Below are positions 41,812-54,787 of a stretch of DNA of 64,000 nucleotides, piece by piece. The stretch is taken from NCBI GenBank assembly GCA_024704765.1, contig JAKMXF010000332.1, positions 985,080 through 1,049,079 of the forward strand, given 5' to 3'. This DNA is from Oopsacas minuta (taxonomy: Eukaryota > Animalia > Porifera). Each line of letters starts with the position of its first letter. Position 1 is the first letter of the stretch. The notes beneath the pieces are model-generated. The model ran no database searches and was not told where the DNA came from. It saw only the letters and a program-made list of their open reading frames with translations. A program made the translations under genes and the position numbers.

Positions 41812-42594
41812 TTATGGATTCCTAACCTTGACTTTGAAAGTAATGAGGTAATGAAGACAAATTAGAAGTAGGAAATGAAGGGGCAATGTCTGAAAATGTG
41901 GCAAAGGAGGCATAGTTTGAAGCATCAGAAGAGAAAGTGTCTTTGATTGATCCGCTGCTGTATGTTGCAAAATCTGGATTACTCGATCGAATTTACTCTC
42001 AAGTCGGTCTAGCTTAGAATCGATGTTAGCCAAAATCTCCAATTTCTTATCTTCTTTCTCTAAAATTGCACGTTTGGTCGATTCCAATTCGTCAGTCTCT
42101 AAACGATGACGTTTTCTTGGGGCCGGTTGGAAAAAATTTATTTTTTCAATATCTTCAGTGGGAACTGAGCTCATGAGCATCCTTTTAGTTTCATCATTTG
42201 AACTTTGGGATTCAAGAGGGAGATCGATACCCGATTCAATACCTTCAAAAGCTTCCTTCCCTTTGATGCTACTGATTTTAGCTTCTATTTCATCTAAATC
42301 AGCATCTGCAGGACCTCCACCAGTTTTTCTTGCTGATGCTAACTTATCTGCAATACAAGGCTTATGTTTTGTTAGTACATTATACCATTTTTTCATGACA
42401 TCATCTCTTGTTCTTACATTCCCATGTAATTCAGACAATCTCTCTGAAATTTCTTCCCAGATTTTGTTCTTATCATCGAAAGTCATAGTTGATGTTAGAG
42501 CGCCGAACAATTTCCATTTTTGATCATGAATGAGATCCACGAGTGACATTATCTCATCCTGAGTAAATTCTGTGAAAGAGTTTTCGGTTTTCAT
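41812..42594 (-). CDS. Harbinger Myb/SANT-like DNA-binding protein (260 aa ORF)
   Basis: FTQDEIMSLV...KNKIWEEIS...RTRDDVMKKW...RKTGGG is the typical Myb/SANT partner of Harbinger transposases; convergent with the transposase. The extreme C-terminus may be frameshifted. Confidence 0.85.
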   Translation of the reverse strand: MKTENSFTEFTQDEIMSLVDLIHDQKWKLFGALTSTMTFDDKNKIWEEISERLSELHGNVRTRDDVMKKWYNVLTKHKPCIADKLASARKTGGGPADADLDEIEAKISSIKGKEAFEGIESGIDLPLESQSSNDETKRMLMSSVPTEDIEKINFFQPAPRKRHRLETDELESTKRAILEKEDKKLEILANIDSKLDRLESKFDRVIQILQHTAADQSKTLSLLMLQTMPPLPHFQTLPLHFLLLICLHYLITFKVKVRNP

Positions 42595-43399
42595 GGTTCA
42601 TAATGCGAGCGATTGGTAAGATATTATCATAATTAATTAACATTTTATTATATTTTATACTTATCACTAAAGATGATAATAGACGTAAATGGATAAAGTT
42701 GCATAGATTACGTATATTTTTGCAGGACGTCACTCAAATGACATTGACTTTATTTACCTTAGTTTAGATACAACACTATTATGTTTCAAAAAATTTGAGA
42801 TATAATTGCATAAATATATTTATTGATGTCATAATACAATTCAGAGTGACATCAAGAAATAGTATCTAAATATAGTTGGTATGTAATTCGACTATAGTTC
42901 TATGCTGCGGGTATTACAACATGTTGGTATGATGATCAAACATATTGTCTTAAGTGATTAACAATCTTCTTTGTAAATAAATGCATATTTCTAATAATTT
43001 CATAGAAAAGTAGAATAAATTATAACTTAAGTGTCCTCTTTACCTCACTAAATATTTTTCTTAGAATTGTTCGAATTATTAGAATTACTCTAAGAATTGA
43101 GTCATATTCTAAGAATTTCACTTAAAGTTAAGCAAAATTCTAAGAATTTAAATTAAGAATTTTAGTTAATAAGGCCCCTGGAATATCAAAGCTAATAAAC
43201 AGAATAGTCATTGTCTCTTATAAATTATTATGCTCGATCCTATAATAACTGGATCACATGCTAAATCTTGTCAGTGTTTATTCAATGAACGGATATTATG
43301 TACAAAAATGTCAGGACTATTTAGTGGGATTAACCAAGTGATGCCACATGTTTCCTTCAATTGATTAAGTTTGAAAATACTGGTCTTTCTCAGATAGTT

Positions 43400-45000
43400 T
43401 ATCGGATAATTTTAGCTCTACTAAGTGTAGTGTATAAGGCATTACATGATAAACGATCTTCTACATGAGTACGACACATAAGTATCACCTCGAAATTTAT
43501 TATTAGTTAATGCTTAAACTACGGTGAAAGGAAATCGCTTTCTAACTATTTTATAGGATCTCAACCTTTGCCTCATTGAAAACGTTGTGTTTCTAACCCG
43601 ATAGGAGTCCAGTTATTCGAAACAGTATTATTTTTCAAGTACCGAGTCATAGAGTTAGCTCTTTCTCTTTTCCAACTGTTGGATTATCAAATTCCATCCA
43701 GAGAATACAGGGTAAACTTTCATGTGTATAACTCCTAGTTCAGTATTATATTCTCTGTAAGATATAAGTATCTCCATTTACCATCCTCTTAACAGTGTAG
43801 CTATTAATCGCCATAAGGTATCTAGCGGATATTTTAAGGAAGACCTCATAAGGTAGACCTTGAGTGTCTGATACCTTCAAACCTTGTATGGTGATTCTTA
43901 ATTAGCCAGAAATATCTCCAGCATTGTCACCTACTAAAGAATCAATAGCAATAAATTTACAGCCTTCAGTCGCTAATATATTCAGTACAGTCTCGTTATG
44001 AGGATTAACACTAGCATTAGTACTGAATAGATGCATTGCTTCGGTATATAGATTTATCAAGGAATCTTTTTCAATTTGTCTGCTTTTAAAAAGATCAATA
44101 TCAACGTCCTTTAAAGTACAGTTAGCAAATTGTTCAATGCTATTGCAAATTTTTTGTAATCGTTTGTCTCATCACCTGAGTTAGTTCTACAAAAGAATAC
44201 TTTTCCCAAAGATAAGAAGCAACTAATCCATCATAATTGTCACTAGTAGTATTGACACTCGAAAAACATAGGAAACATATACTGGAAGAAGTTGACGGAA
44301 ACCTCCCGCACAGATTATGTATGCCTAGTGAATCATCCATAATCGTTATTAGCCGGCTATATTAACTTGAGATATTATTTTGCTACCAACCATGGACATC
44401 TCATCAATAATTATCACTTTCAATAAACTTAGATTACTTCCTAAAGTGTTGCATACATCAGAAGATAGGTTAGTCATCGGGCGGTTAAATTCAGTTACTG
44501 GTAGAGCAAATGCACAATATAGTGTCATATATCATGGAAATTATGTGCAGCTTTACAAGTTAGAGCTGTTAGTAACGCCTTAATAACATCAGGATTAGTA
44601 CCTAGTAACGAATTAACGTATATTACCAAACCTTCGAATAGAGGTAGTTGCTTTCTCGCATTGAAGCAATGTAAAATATGCAGGAGTATTACTCATTAGA
44701 TTGTATTTAAATTCCTATACATTTGTAGAATTCCTCACCAGTACTCATAATAGGAACATTGGAGAATCCACTTGGAGGTTTTCAGGCCATTGCTAGTCAG
44801 GTTTGCATTCAAGATATTAACACCAGGATTATCGATCAGATTGTCAGATTCTTCAACCACATCAATACCCTCATTATTCATTATTTCCTCTATACCAATT
44901 GTATGAAAGTTAATCTCATCAGCACCTAAATCACCTAGGACATGTATAGCATCATTGGTTGAGGACTGGCCTCTACATTCAAATAATGACCTATATCGTG
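43400..45000 (-). pseudogene. PIF1-family helicase remnant, probably Helitron-derived
   Basis: Reverse-strand motifs IIIDEMSMVG, GGFRQLLPV, LWEKYSFVELTQVMRQ, GLPYEVFLKISARY and LYTTLSRA, in the expected order. Confidence 0.65.
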
Positions 45001-45045
45001 TAATGAATTCAAAATTAGATTAATATATACTTTTATAATCTACAG

Positions 45046-47321
45046 CAGGGGTCTTCAACCTGCGACTCGCGGGATAATTCTTGTTTTTGTTTATTTTGTC
45101 TTCACTTTGTTAATTTTGAAATTTGTGGTATTTTATTCAACAGATATTGTGAATATACTTAAGTATTAGCACTTTTTTGTTTCTCAATTCTGAAAACCTT
45201 GATGGTGTTTAAAGTGTATAGAAGACCTTTGTTGTCTTGAGTAATTTATTTAAGTCTTCAGTCAACATTCAAATACAAACAAAAGTATAAATCAGAAATA
45301 TTTGGCAATATACAATTTCATATTCGGATTTCAAATACTCTCCAAATACACATTTTTTATTATTCATTATTTATTTACGTATCCACTATGGCTACTTCTA
45401 CGTCAAAAAACGGAAGATACAAGAAGAAAATCGGTCATTCAAGATAGAATGGGAAATAAAGTATTTTTTCGTGGAGGACAGTGGCAAGTTCATTTGCCTA
45501 ATATGCCGTGAAACAATAGCTTCCGCTAAAAAAAGGAAACTTTGAAAGGCATTACAATACCATACACCAATCAAATTTTGTGGGAATTCTTGGGGAATCA
45601 CGAAAGGCTAAACTAGACAATCTTAAAAAAACTTGAAGAGTGAACAATCAATCTTTTCAAAAAATGATAATTCGGTTAAGTCGATCACAGCAGTTAGCTT
45701 TGCTATTAGCAATATAATCGCGAAACGTATGAAACCATTTACGGATGGTGAATTTATAAAGGAATGCCTAAATGAATTCGCTGATCAATGTTGTCCAGAC
45801 AAAAAACAACTAATACAGCAAGTCTCCTTGAGCGCTACGACAGTAATGCGCCGAGTGGAATCAATTTCAAAAAACATTCATACACAACTATTGGAAAAGA
45901 CAAATTGTTTTAGTTTCTGTAGCTTGGCACTTGATGGAAGTAAAGATATTTGTTATGTTGGACAATTGGCAATATGGATAAGAGGCGTTGATGAAAACTT
46001 CAACATTACCGAGGAATTACTGTCTCTGAGTTCTATGCAGGGAAGAACTCGTGGCATTGATATTTTCGAAGAGTTTCTTAAGACTGTGTCAGAAAATAAC
46101 ATTCCTGCCTTAAGGTTATCTGACATTTCAACAGATGGAGCTCATCAATGCTTGGTACAGGTACAGGGTTTAAAGGTCAAGTTCTACGATGGTAGACAGA
46201 CAATAATGTGACAGAAATATCATGGTATCACTGTATTATTCATCAAGAGGCCCTATGTGCGAAAACACTTGGACGGGAAAATGTTATGAAGTTGATAGTA
46301 GACGTTGTAAATTTTATCAGATCTAAAGGAGTGAATCATAGGGAATTTAAAGAATTTTTGAAAGATCTCGATTCAGATTACGGAGATGTATTATATTTTA
46401 CAAGTGTTAGGTGGCTGAGTAGAGGAGTAGTTCTTAAAAGAGTTTGGGAATTACGAGATGAAATATCAAGTTTCTTAGCCTCAAAGGACAAGAAAGTTCC
46501 TGAATTCGAAGGTACAAATTGAACTAGCGACTTTGCCTTCCTTGTAGATATGACTACACACCTAAGTATTCTAAATTCCATACTTCAGGGGAAGAACAAG
46601 TTGATTCATGAACTTTATGCCACAATTCGAAGTTTTGAGATGAATTCGCTCTATTTAAGTAACAGCTTAAAAATAACAATTTTTCTCACTTTCCAGCACT
46701 AAAGTCACAAGATAGTGCCGATGGACCAAATATGCTGAAATTATTTCAAATCTCCAAGAAAACTTTGATACTCAATTTAGAGATTTTAGAAATCAACAAC
46801 AAAGCTTCGAGGTTTTCACAGCCTTTCAGTTTTGATCCGAAATATGCTCCACGAGAGCTTCAACTTGAACTCGTAAACCTACAGTCTAGCATAGATCTCG
46901 AGGCAGAATTCAAGGATGTTGGAGTAATTAGTTTCTATAAAACTCTTCCTTCAGATCTATCCTGCTATTTTAAAACACGCAAGAAGGATAGCTAGTTTAT
47001 TTGGAAGCACTTACACTTGCGAGGCATTTTTCTCTAAAATGGAATATATAAAGAACTAATATAGAACTAATTTGACTGATGACCACCTCATGACGTTCTT
47101 CGTATTTCATCGACTGGTATGAAACCTATTATAGATGGTATCTTAATACAACAAGAAAAACAGTACCAACCTTCACATTAATATTTTAATATGATAAATT
47201 ACTCATAATAATACAGTACTATATGAAATATAGAATACGTGATACTTAACTTTTAATGCGGCTCGCCAATCTAATACGAATCTGATATTTGGCTCTTAGA
47301 AGAAAAAGGTTGAAGGCCCTG
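45046..47321 (+). mobile_element. hAT (Buster/SPIN, GTF2IRD2/EPM2AIP1-like) element, decayed
   Basis: Ends CAGGGGTCTTCAACC and (reverse) CAGGGCCTTCAACC; MKPFTDGEFIKECL, LALDGSKD, ISTDGA, WYHCIIHQEALCAK, VRWLSRG, STYTCE and ...QPSH*. Confidence 0.88.
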
Positions 47322-48429
47322 CACTAAACGATCCTAATTTTGAAAGTTTGTATTTTTTGTTGGTATGGCGCCACCCAATCTGGTAACTACCCCCCGTAAC
47401 CGCTATCTCAGGGGCCCTCTTATCCCTTGACTGTAATTAGAAAATTCTTTTACTGGTATACTTCTTATCAGAGTTCTACTGTACAAGTATAAGTACTGTA
47501 CAAGTATAAGTACTGTACAAGTAAAATTTAATTGTACACTTGATTAATTCGTACTATAGTACACCCTCGTTTATCAACTTATTTAAATTCTACTCTCGCT
47601 AATCCAATTACAAGACCCAAGAAAATTGTATCGAAATTTACATAAAATACAGCAAAGATAACTAATTGTTAATTATTTTAACCTGAAATCCCCTGTCATA
47701 TCAGTGCAGCACTCGATTCAAAATTTTCTAGGACAGTTTCGAATTATCGAGGTGGTGCTTTCCCATAGGATAATTAATATTCATTCACTAATCCGGACAA
47801 TTCATAACTTGATGTCATCTGGACGTTGGTACAGGACTGTTGAGATTAGCAAGGGCGTACTGTACCTATCTTAAACAACAATTTACTTTCAATTCATTTT
47901 GATCGAATATAACGTAGACTCGAAAAGTTCACAATAATTTTTGGTTCTCGAAGGGGTTATGCCCTATCCTTGTTCCACCATACTTGTTTTGATATCTCAT
48001 TCGACATTAGGCTTTTTAATTGCTAACCAAATTCACGCAGTTGCTGGCACTCTAGCCAGTTAGTTTAATCAAATATCAATATTTAACACTCTGCATGGTT
48101 TCAAAGTTGGAGCAATTTTGAACAATTTCGCCGAAAGATTGGTTACTGCGGAGATATATTGGCTTATTTTGACAAAAATTTTGCTTTTCTGTAGTGCAGG
48201 GCTCTAGCCCATGTCAGGTTGGTCAAGTTAACCTGAGCACTCATGTGACCTTTCCCTACTTGAGCGAAGTCGTAGATGGGTGACCACATCTTTTAGCGAG
48301 CCCACAAATGGCTAAAGCCAATAAGGAGTGGAATTACCCATGACTTTGATAAAGAATTCAACACTAGAAGTGTGTTAACTAAGCGAATCCAATACTATTC
48401 ACAATTTAACAAATAAATCGAGGAATCAA

Positions 48430-51180
48430 GGAAATAAGTTGCACTTAATTGATCAATCAAACACTGCATTTCTTACGTATGCATCACGATATACAACCTG
48501 GAAAAATCACCCACAATTAAGTTTTGAAGGTTATTCCTTCAGGTTTGACAGACTTAATGCGAGCAATACGAAAAAGGGATTGCGATGTCGTACCCGAGAT
48601 TGCAATGGAGGTTTATATACAAATGTCAATCAAGATAATGCAACTATGTCGAGCTTTCTACTAGTCATAAAGATCATTGTATTCCGGATCTATAGAATAG
48701 GGTTGTTGAAGAAATAATTCTGATCTTAAGATAAAGTGCGAACTAAAGTAACTCATATCACTGTATTATATAATGAATCTTCTGCGCTGCTCTCACAGAA
48801 TAATAATGGTGCATCAAGATTTCTTTGGTTCAATCAAATTGACTCTTGTACCTTGAAAGGCTTAGCCATTTTCCTGCACTTCCGATGTCGCGAGGTGAAC
48901 TAACTATACCAAATCACAAAGTAAACTTATTGCAGGTTGTGATTTTCACATGTTTTCTTCCCTAATAATAATATAATAATTTTTAGTATAGAAGAAAGCA
49001 TTTGTAGGCTCTCTCCTAAGTCTCATTGATGTGCTGATGGTAAATTTAAAAGTGTACCTAATATATATAGACAGATTTTCACTATCCATGGCTTTGAGGG
49101 CGACAAACTCATTTCTTTGGTTTATTGTCTACTATCTTCTAAAACACGAGCAATATATTCTCAAGTTTTTCATTCCCTTAAAGATAAAGCTGACACTCTA
49201 TCTGTAATTTTGATGCCCACATTATTTACCTGTGACTTTGAAAGTGCTAAATATCAAGTGTCAGGACAGAGTTCCCTACCACTCATATTCGTGGATGTTA
49301 CTTCCATTTTGCCAGGCAATATATAGGCGTGTACAACTATTAGGATTATCAATGATCTATATATATTACGAAGGTCATAGAGTGCATATTCGTAAACTTC
49401 TTGCGATTAGATTTATCCAGGTTGATCTTATCCCTCAATCCTTCGATTACAGGGGCATTCAATAAATACTAATCATACCATCTAAAACTATAAATACTTG
49501 TGTAAAGTTGGTAATTTTTGCTATGAATGTTCAAAGTAGTCTCCTTTATACGCTACAACTGAATTTGGCCTTTTAATCCAATTTTCAAATGTCTTTCTAT
49601 ACTGATCCATGGGTATGACTTCAAGGTATCTGTAAATTGCCCGACCGAGGCTGAGCCGATCCTCAAATTCGCGTCGGAGAGGTTATTTTTGAGTTTTCCA
49701 AACAGCCAGAAGTTACATGGGGCTATATCACGGAGTAAGGTGGATGTGGATCTTCGTGCATACCCATATCTTTAATTTTTTGCCTTACAGCCAAAGGTTT
49801 ATGCGTTCTAGCATTATCGTGCAAAATTTTGGGACCACAAGTTCCAGCCTTTGGACGACGCATAAGATAGTGTTTTTCAACCTCAGGCAACACCACATCT
49901 GCGTAAAATTGTCCTGTGAGTGTCTGACCTTTGGGAACAGGGATTTGGGCTACAGGACCTAGGCCATCGAAAAATATGCAGTACAAGACCCTCGGGGCAC
50001 GGAAGTCGGACACACAAACAGCTGGGGGTACCTCTCCCTTCTTTAGCCATACCCTGCCATCCTGCTTTCTGATCGGTAGTTTGAATTGTATCCATGTTTC
50101 ATCTCAGGTTACAATTTCTAATAACCGCCTAAGGTTACTCCCTTCATAAATTTCAACGTTTTCCTTAGCCATTTGGAGTCTCGCGTCCTTTTATGGAAAA
50201 GTTAAGCAATGTGGTACCCATCGCACTTGAACCTTCCTCAGCTCTAAATCCGCCTTCAGAATTGTGTGTGCACTTCCCGTTGAAATGCCAACATAGTTAG
50301 CTACCTCCTCAACCGAAGAATGCGGAAAAGACTCGACATATTCCTTTACTTCACTCAATTTGTCATTGTTGGTCGCCAGTTTTGGTACTCCAGGACGAGG
50401 GGGGTCTTGGACAGAGGTTCTACCTTCCCTAAATAGGCTCACCCACCATCTGACAGTTGAATACGATAAAGTATCTTCTCTACATATCGTTGCCAACTCG
50501 TCATGAATAGACTTTGGAGGGATTTCGAGAATGGTGCGAAATATGATGTACGTTCGTTGTACAAGTTCCGAAGAATTTGAACAAGAAGCCATGAAAAGTC
50601 TAAAGGACAAAATGTAGGTTTCTAAAAACAACCGAAACTTGGGAAATAATTAAGCGATCAACTCTTTCTAAGTTTTGTTAGAAAGTTGAAATATGGTTCT
50701 ATATAATTGCACTGAGAAATACTAGCTTAGAACTGCTATTTCATTATAAATATACAGTGATTAGTATATATTGAATGCCCCTGTACATAAAACAGCATTG
50801 TCCTCCTGAACTGCAGAGCCTTTTTAATACTTTGAGAACTACTGGATAGCAGTGTTGATCGTAATCTTTGAATATTCACGGGTTAAACGGAGGACAAATA
50901 ACAATCTTGAAGGTTGGCGCTTGAGCCTAAATTGGGCTATTGGGAAAACACATGCTAACAATTACGAATTCATCTCAAAATTGATCAGAGAGCCAGGGGG
51001 CAACGGAAACTCTACTATTCCAAATTGAAGCTGGTAATATCGAACGATACTCAAGTAGAACAAAGTGTAAGCAAATCAATGAAAGAATTGACATTATTTC
51101 AAGAGAATATAACATTGGGAAAAGGAATGTGGGTGAGATTCTACTCGAAATAGCGCATAATTTGTTTCAACCAACAGGTA
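48430..51180 (+). mobile_element. Decayed FLYWCH-MULE element, split by a mariner
   Basis: FLYWCH-like LSFEGYSF...RCRTRDC; DGKFKSVP, LVYCLLSSKT and TCDFESA; after the mariner, RTNNNLEGW. Ends not resolved. Confidence 0.75.
49450..50783 (-). mobile_element. Full-length mariner element (transposase broken)
   Basis: TA TSD on both sides; 26-bp TIRs CAGGGGCATTCAATA(A/T)ATACTAATCA with 1 mismatch; WVPH, TCDETW, HDNARTH and HPPYS motifs. Confidence 0.93.
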
Positions 51181-51394
51181 TTTCACTTTAACAGAGTATT
51201 TAGCATTTAACGCACTTCTAAAAATAATAATAGACAATTGTTTTTTCATATTCTTCAAGTATTGTTCCTAATATTAATCATCTATTACCCATTAAATTAA
51301 TTATTTTCCTTATACTACATTGCATTTCTATATTCGCTGTTTTGTGGATTCGCTAAAATAAATGGTTGCTCGCATTGCGCCTCGAGGTATTCAA

Positions 51395-51786
51395 TGGACA
51401 AACAAACCGACAAACAACAATTGAGATTTTATGATATTGATGTTGTTTACAATATTCAGACTCAGCATACTCGAGTATACTAGTATTGTCGTTGAAAGCA
51501 TGATTCTACCTCATTTTTGAAATTTGTTTACTTTATATTCATTAAACAACTGTAAATTTTCAAATGAGAAACTTGAAAATGCGAAATTCGGATTCAGCAT
51601 TATCGGTATATTTTGTTAAGTTTATTGAATTCTATTTACCTCCTTGATAAACACGATAAATACATAGTTATGCGACAATTTCAAAATCGCATACCGTAAA
51701 TCCTTTCCTTGACAACGGACAAACAAACAAACAAACAAACACAAACAAACAGACAAACAACAATTGAGATATAATAATATAGATAT
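51395..51786. repeat. Two related (ACAA)n-containing tails, possibly Helitron/Helentron-derived non-autonomous elements
   Basis: ggacaaacaaac...caacaattgagat occurs at about 51397 and 51717; hairpin atactcgagtat followed by ACTAG near 51467-51484. Confidence 0.45.
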
Positions 51787-51955
51787 CAGGGCCGTAGTCA
51801 TCGATCCGGTTGGTCAGGTTTCAACCTGACCGATTATGCTACCAAATTTTCCAATAATACACCAACTGGTCCAGTTGTACAAGTTAACCTGACCACTTTG
51901 TCTTGTTTGTGCTGTATTCAACCGGACCACTTGTATTTTCATGTCTACGGCCCTG
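51787..51955. mobile_element. 169-bp hAT-like MITE
   Basis: Perfect 11-bp TIR CAGGGCCGTAG; no matching TSD. Confidence 0.65.
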
Positions 51956-52309
51956 TAGTGGCGACATGTATTTCTACAAGTATGTAATACATTCATTCGG
52001 CCAAAAGTGCACTGTTTCTGGAATATTTACTCCAGCATAATAATACCAAACTTGTTTAACCAATCCCTGGTACTGTAATATTGCCCTTGCCATTGCCTTA
52101 GTGTTTTTAAATGCTATGTTCAAGCCGAAATTCCAAACTATCTTAAATTCGTTATCATTAAATAAAATGTACGATCAATTGATTCAATTTTGTTTATATC
52201 TTCCCGAATATTTCATATTGAGTTATGGTTCCTTATAAAAATAATATGTGTAGCAGGTATAGGATAATAGTCTGTATAACATGTTTCAATTCCACACTTT
52301 GATATAGTT

Positions 52310-52912
52310 ATGAAATTTCGGTTTTGTGGCGATTCAGACTGCCCTGATTGGGTACTTGCCGAAATAAGTGTTCTATCAAAAATGACATTATTAAAGATTC
52401 GATTGTTGGTTACTCAAATTGTTAACTACATTCTTGTTGGAAAGATTAACTATCATTCAATTGAAAAGATTGCTAATGATCCAAAATTTGATATATCTGA
52501 AGTAAAGGCCAGTGTTGCTGCAATTTCCTTTATTCTTAAGAATGCCATCCGCCATGCAGTTGATAGTGATAATTTATCGAACGAATTACAGCAGCTAGGA
52601 TTACAAAAAGATACAAGTATTGCTCTCTCAAGAATCTATGATGAAAATAGTGACAAATTGACAGTATGCATGAAGGAACATAGTCTACGTCTATCCCGTT
52701 TAATTAAAGTTGACTGGCGTGTTGATTATGTACTATCCTCAAGCGCTTTGTTTGATGTAAATGGGCCATCTTTTGAATTAAATTTGAGGACTATTTTGCA
52801 CTATTTGCTTCCTAATTTTCATCAAGTTTTGGTTGCTATCTCCAGAGAAAAATTCAGAATTATATTAACAGAACTGAAACAAGCTTGTAAAATCATGGAA
52901 TCTGCCTTATAA
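52310..52912 (+). CDS. COMMD4: COMM domain-containing protein 4, single exon, 200 aa
   Basis: MKFRFCGDSDCPDWVLAEIS...SNELQQLGL...VDWRVDYVLSSS...KFRIILTELKQA matches the COMMD4 pattern end to end, with intact ATG and stop. Confidence 0.95.
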   Translation: MKFRFCGDSDCPDWVLAEISVLSKMTLLKIRLLVTQIVNYILVGKINYHSIEKIANDPKFDISEVKASVAAISFILKNAIRHAVDSDNLSNELQQLGLQKDTSIALSRIYDENSDKLTVCMKEHSLRLSRLIKVDWRVDYVLSSSALFDVNGPSFELNLRTILHYLLPNFHQVLVAISREKFRIILTELKQACKIMESAL

Positions 52913-54480
52913 TTGGTGACATTTATTCTATGAAGAATTCATACTATGGATATGTTTACTGCGTGATTATTGTGTTAATATTTTGTATCATGTCCAGTGT
53001 TTTTCCGTAAACCGAGTTAATCGCTTCATTAACCACGTTTCTGTCATTTAATCATCCCCTACGCTCATCTAGACTTTAGAAGTTGGAGAGGATAAATTGA
53101 AATTAATTATTACAGTACCTACAGCAACAGGTACGGTGGATCTCGTTTCTACTAATTTATCGCTTAGACGAGCTTAAATTTTCACATAACTAGGTTCTTT
53201 CAGGCTACAGTGGATACCCAATTGGGATTAGTTGAGTTTATATGAACTCCGGAAATGGCGACCAAATTTTGACAATCCGTTAGTGTTTGTACTCTCTGTA
53301 TATGTCAATCGTTATAGTACACTAACCAACCATAGCTATTTGAAAACAGCTAAATTTTCTATTATTGTGAAAGGCAATAGGACATTCATTGGGCAATTCG
53401 TGCATTCCTTGGCGCTGAATGGATCCAACTAATGATCCAAATACAATCATTAATCCATCACATACACGGCCACAAACCAATCCATATTCAAATGGAATAC
53501 GGATATCAAAATGAAAATTATGTGTAATCTATGAAATCCATAAATTTAATGGATCTGATGGATTCTTTTGGATATTAAAGAATCCAAATCTCTCCAAAAT
53601 CCATGAATCTTGATAGAGTAAATTCAATTCCATTCAAATTGACTTAGTGGTCTCTTAGCTTCGAAATTTGCCGAATTGAGACACGCTGTACTAAAGTATA
53701 AATTTTTTACACTTTGCACTTTTTCTTTTCACGACTACATAATGTTATCGTCTGTGATTAATAATACATAGATGTAAAATGATTCACCTATCGTATTGTG
53801 TAGATTTCCTTAACTGGCCCAAATATTTATGCTTAAATTTCAAGAAATATTGTTTATTTGAATAGTAAATATAACCCACTTCTTATGGTAAATGCATGAG
53901 GAACGATATACTATTCATTGGAACTCAATTGATTGTCCAAACGACACATGAGGTAGTTTGAGATATCTAACCGCATATAACCGACTTCATAATGAGTAGA
54001 ATATCGTTTATCCCCCTATAAACCACTTATCTTCGAAATTTATCATAGTTCAATGAAGAGTCAATGAAGAGTCGATGAAGTTAGACGAATACCCATTCGG
54101 GAGTTAGAAGAAATGATAGTTATATCAAAAATCCACACTATACTCGATTATATCGGAAGATCAAAAACTGTCGAAGGTTCTACACAATAGGTCCAGAAAA
54201 TTTTCAATCATATCCAGAAAATTATTTGATCATTTTATCACATAATTATTAACACGTTCTAAATTGTTTATTTAAAACATAAATACTTAGTTGTATTTAC
54301 AGATTCTGATCTTATTATCGTATTCCACCCTCTACTATCGAATAGAATACAGTTGTGTTTAGTAACTTTTGTGATCGTATCGTAGCAGGTGATGAGTCTT
54401 GGTTTGATTATTATGAACCAGGGAGTGAATGTCAATCGAAACTATTGAAAATGCACGATGAACCGGTACCCATAAAGGTG

Positions 54481-54515
54481 CACAGTGGTTTGAAATGGGA
54501 GTTAGTAAAGAATAG
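54481..54515 (+). promoter_or_regulatory. 3' RSS-like end: CACAGTG + 19 nt + AAAGAATAG
   Basis: Read directly: heptamer 54481-54487, 9-mer 54507-54515. Confidence 0.75.
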
Positions 54516-54787
54516 GTATTCTAGTACTAGATAGCCATATGCAATGTATTATTTGCGAATAGGTTATCGTATCCGAGGAATCGTATGGGGTAATCAAATT
54601 TCTTCTATGGCTTCTAGATTTCTGGATATGACGTCATCACATATTATGATGACGTCACATTTAAAAAATTATTTAATAAAACTCATAGAAATTTCCACTT
54701 CATAAGAAAAATCTCCTACTCTGTATATATACTATTACCCTGTATAGTATTTGGATAAGAGTGTATAGATTTAACATTTTAATGAAT

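Larger units (their letters stand above)
40320..43177. mobile_element. Full-length PIF/Harbinger transposon
   Basis: Perfect 22-bp TIRs GGGCCTTATTAACTAAAATTCT, CTG 3-bp TSD on both sides, and two convergent genes. Confidence 0.93.

Noticed and set aside
54516-54787. Possible RAG2-like partner gene convergent with the RAG1-like ORF, as in ProtoRAG
   Set aside because: Only about 270-300 nt lie between the stop codon and the terminus. The overlapping + strand ORFs (54805-55095, 55149-55406) are antisense shadows with no kelch or PHD features.
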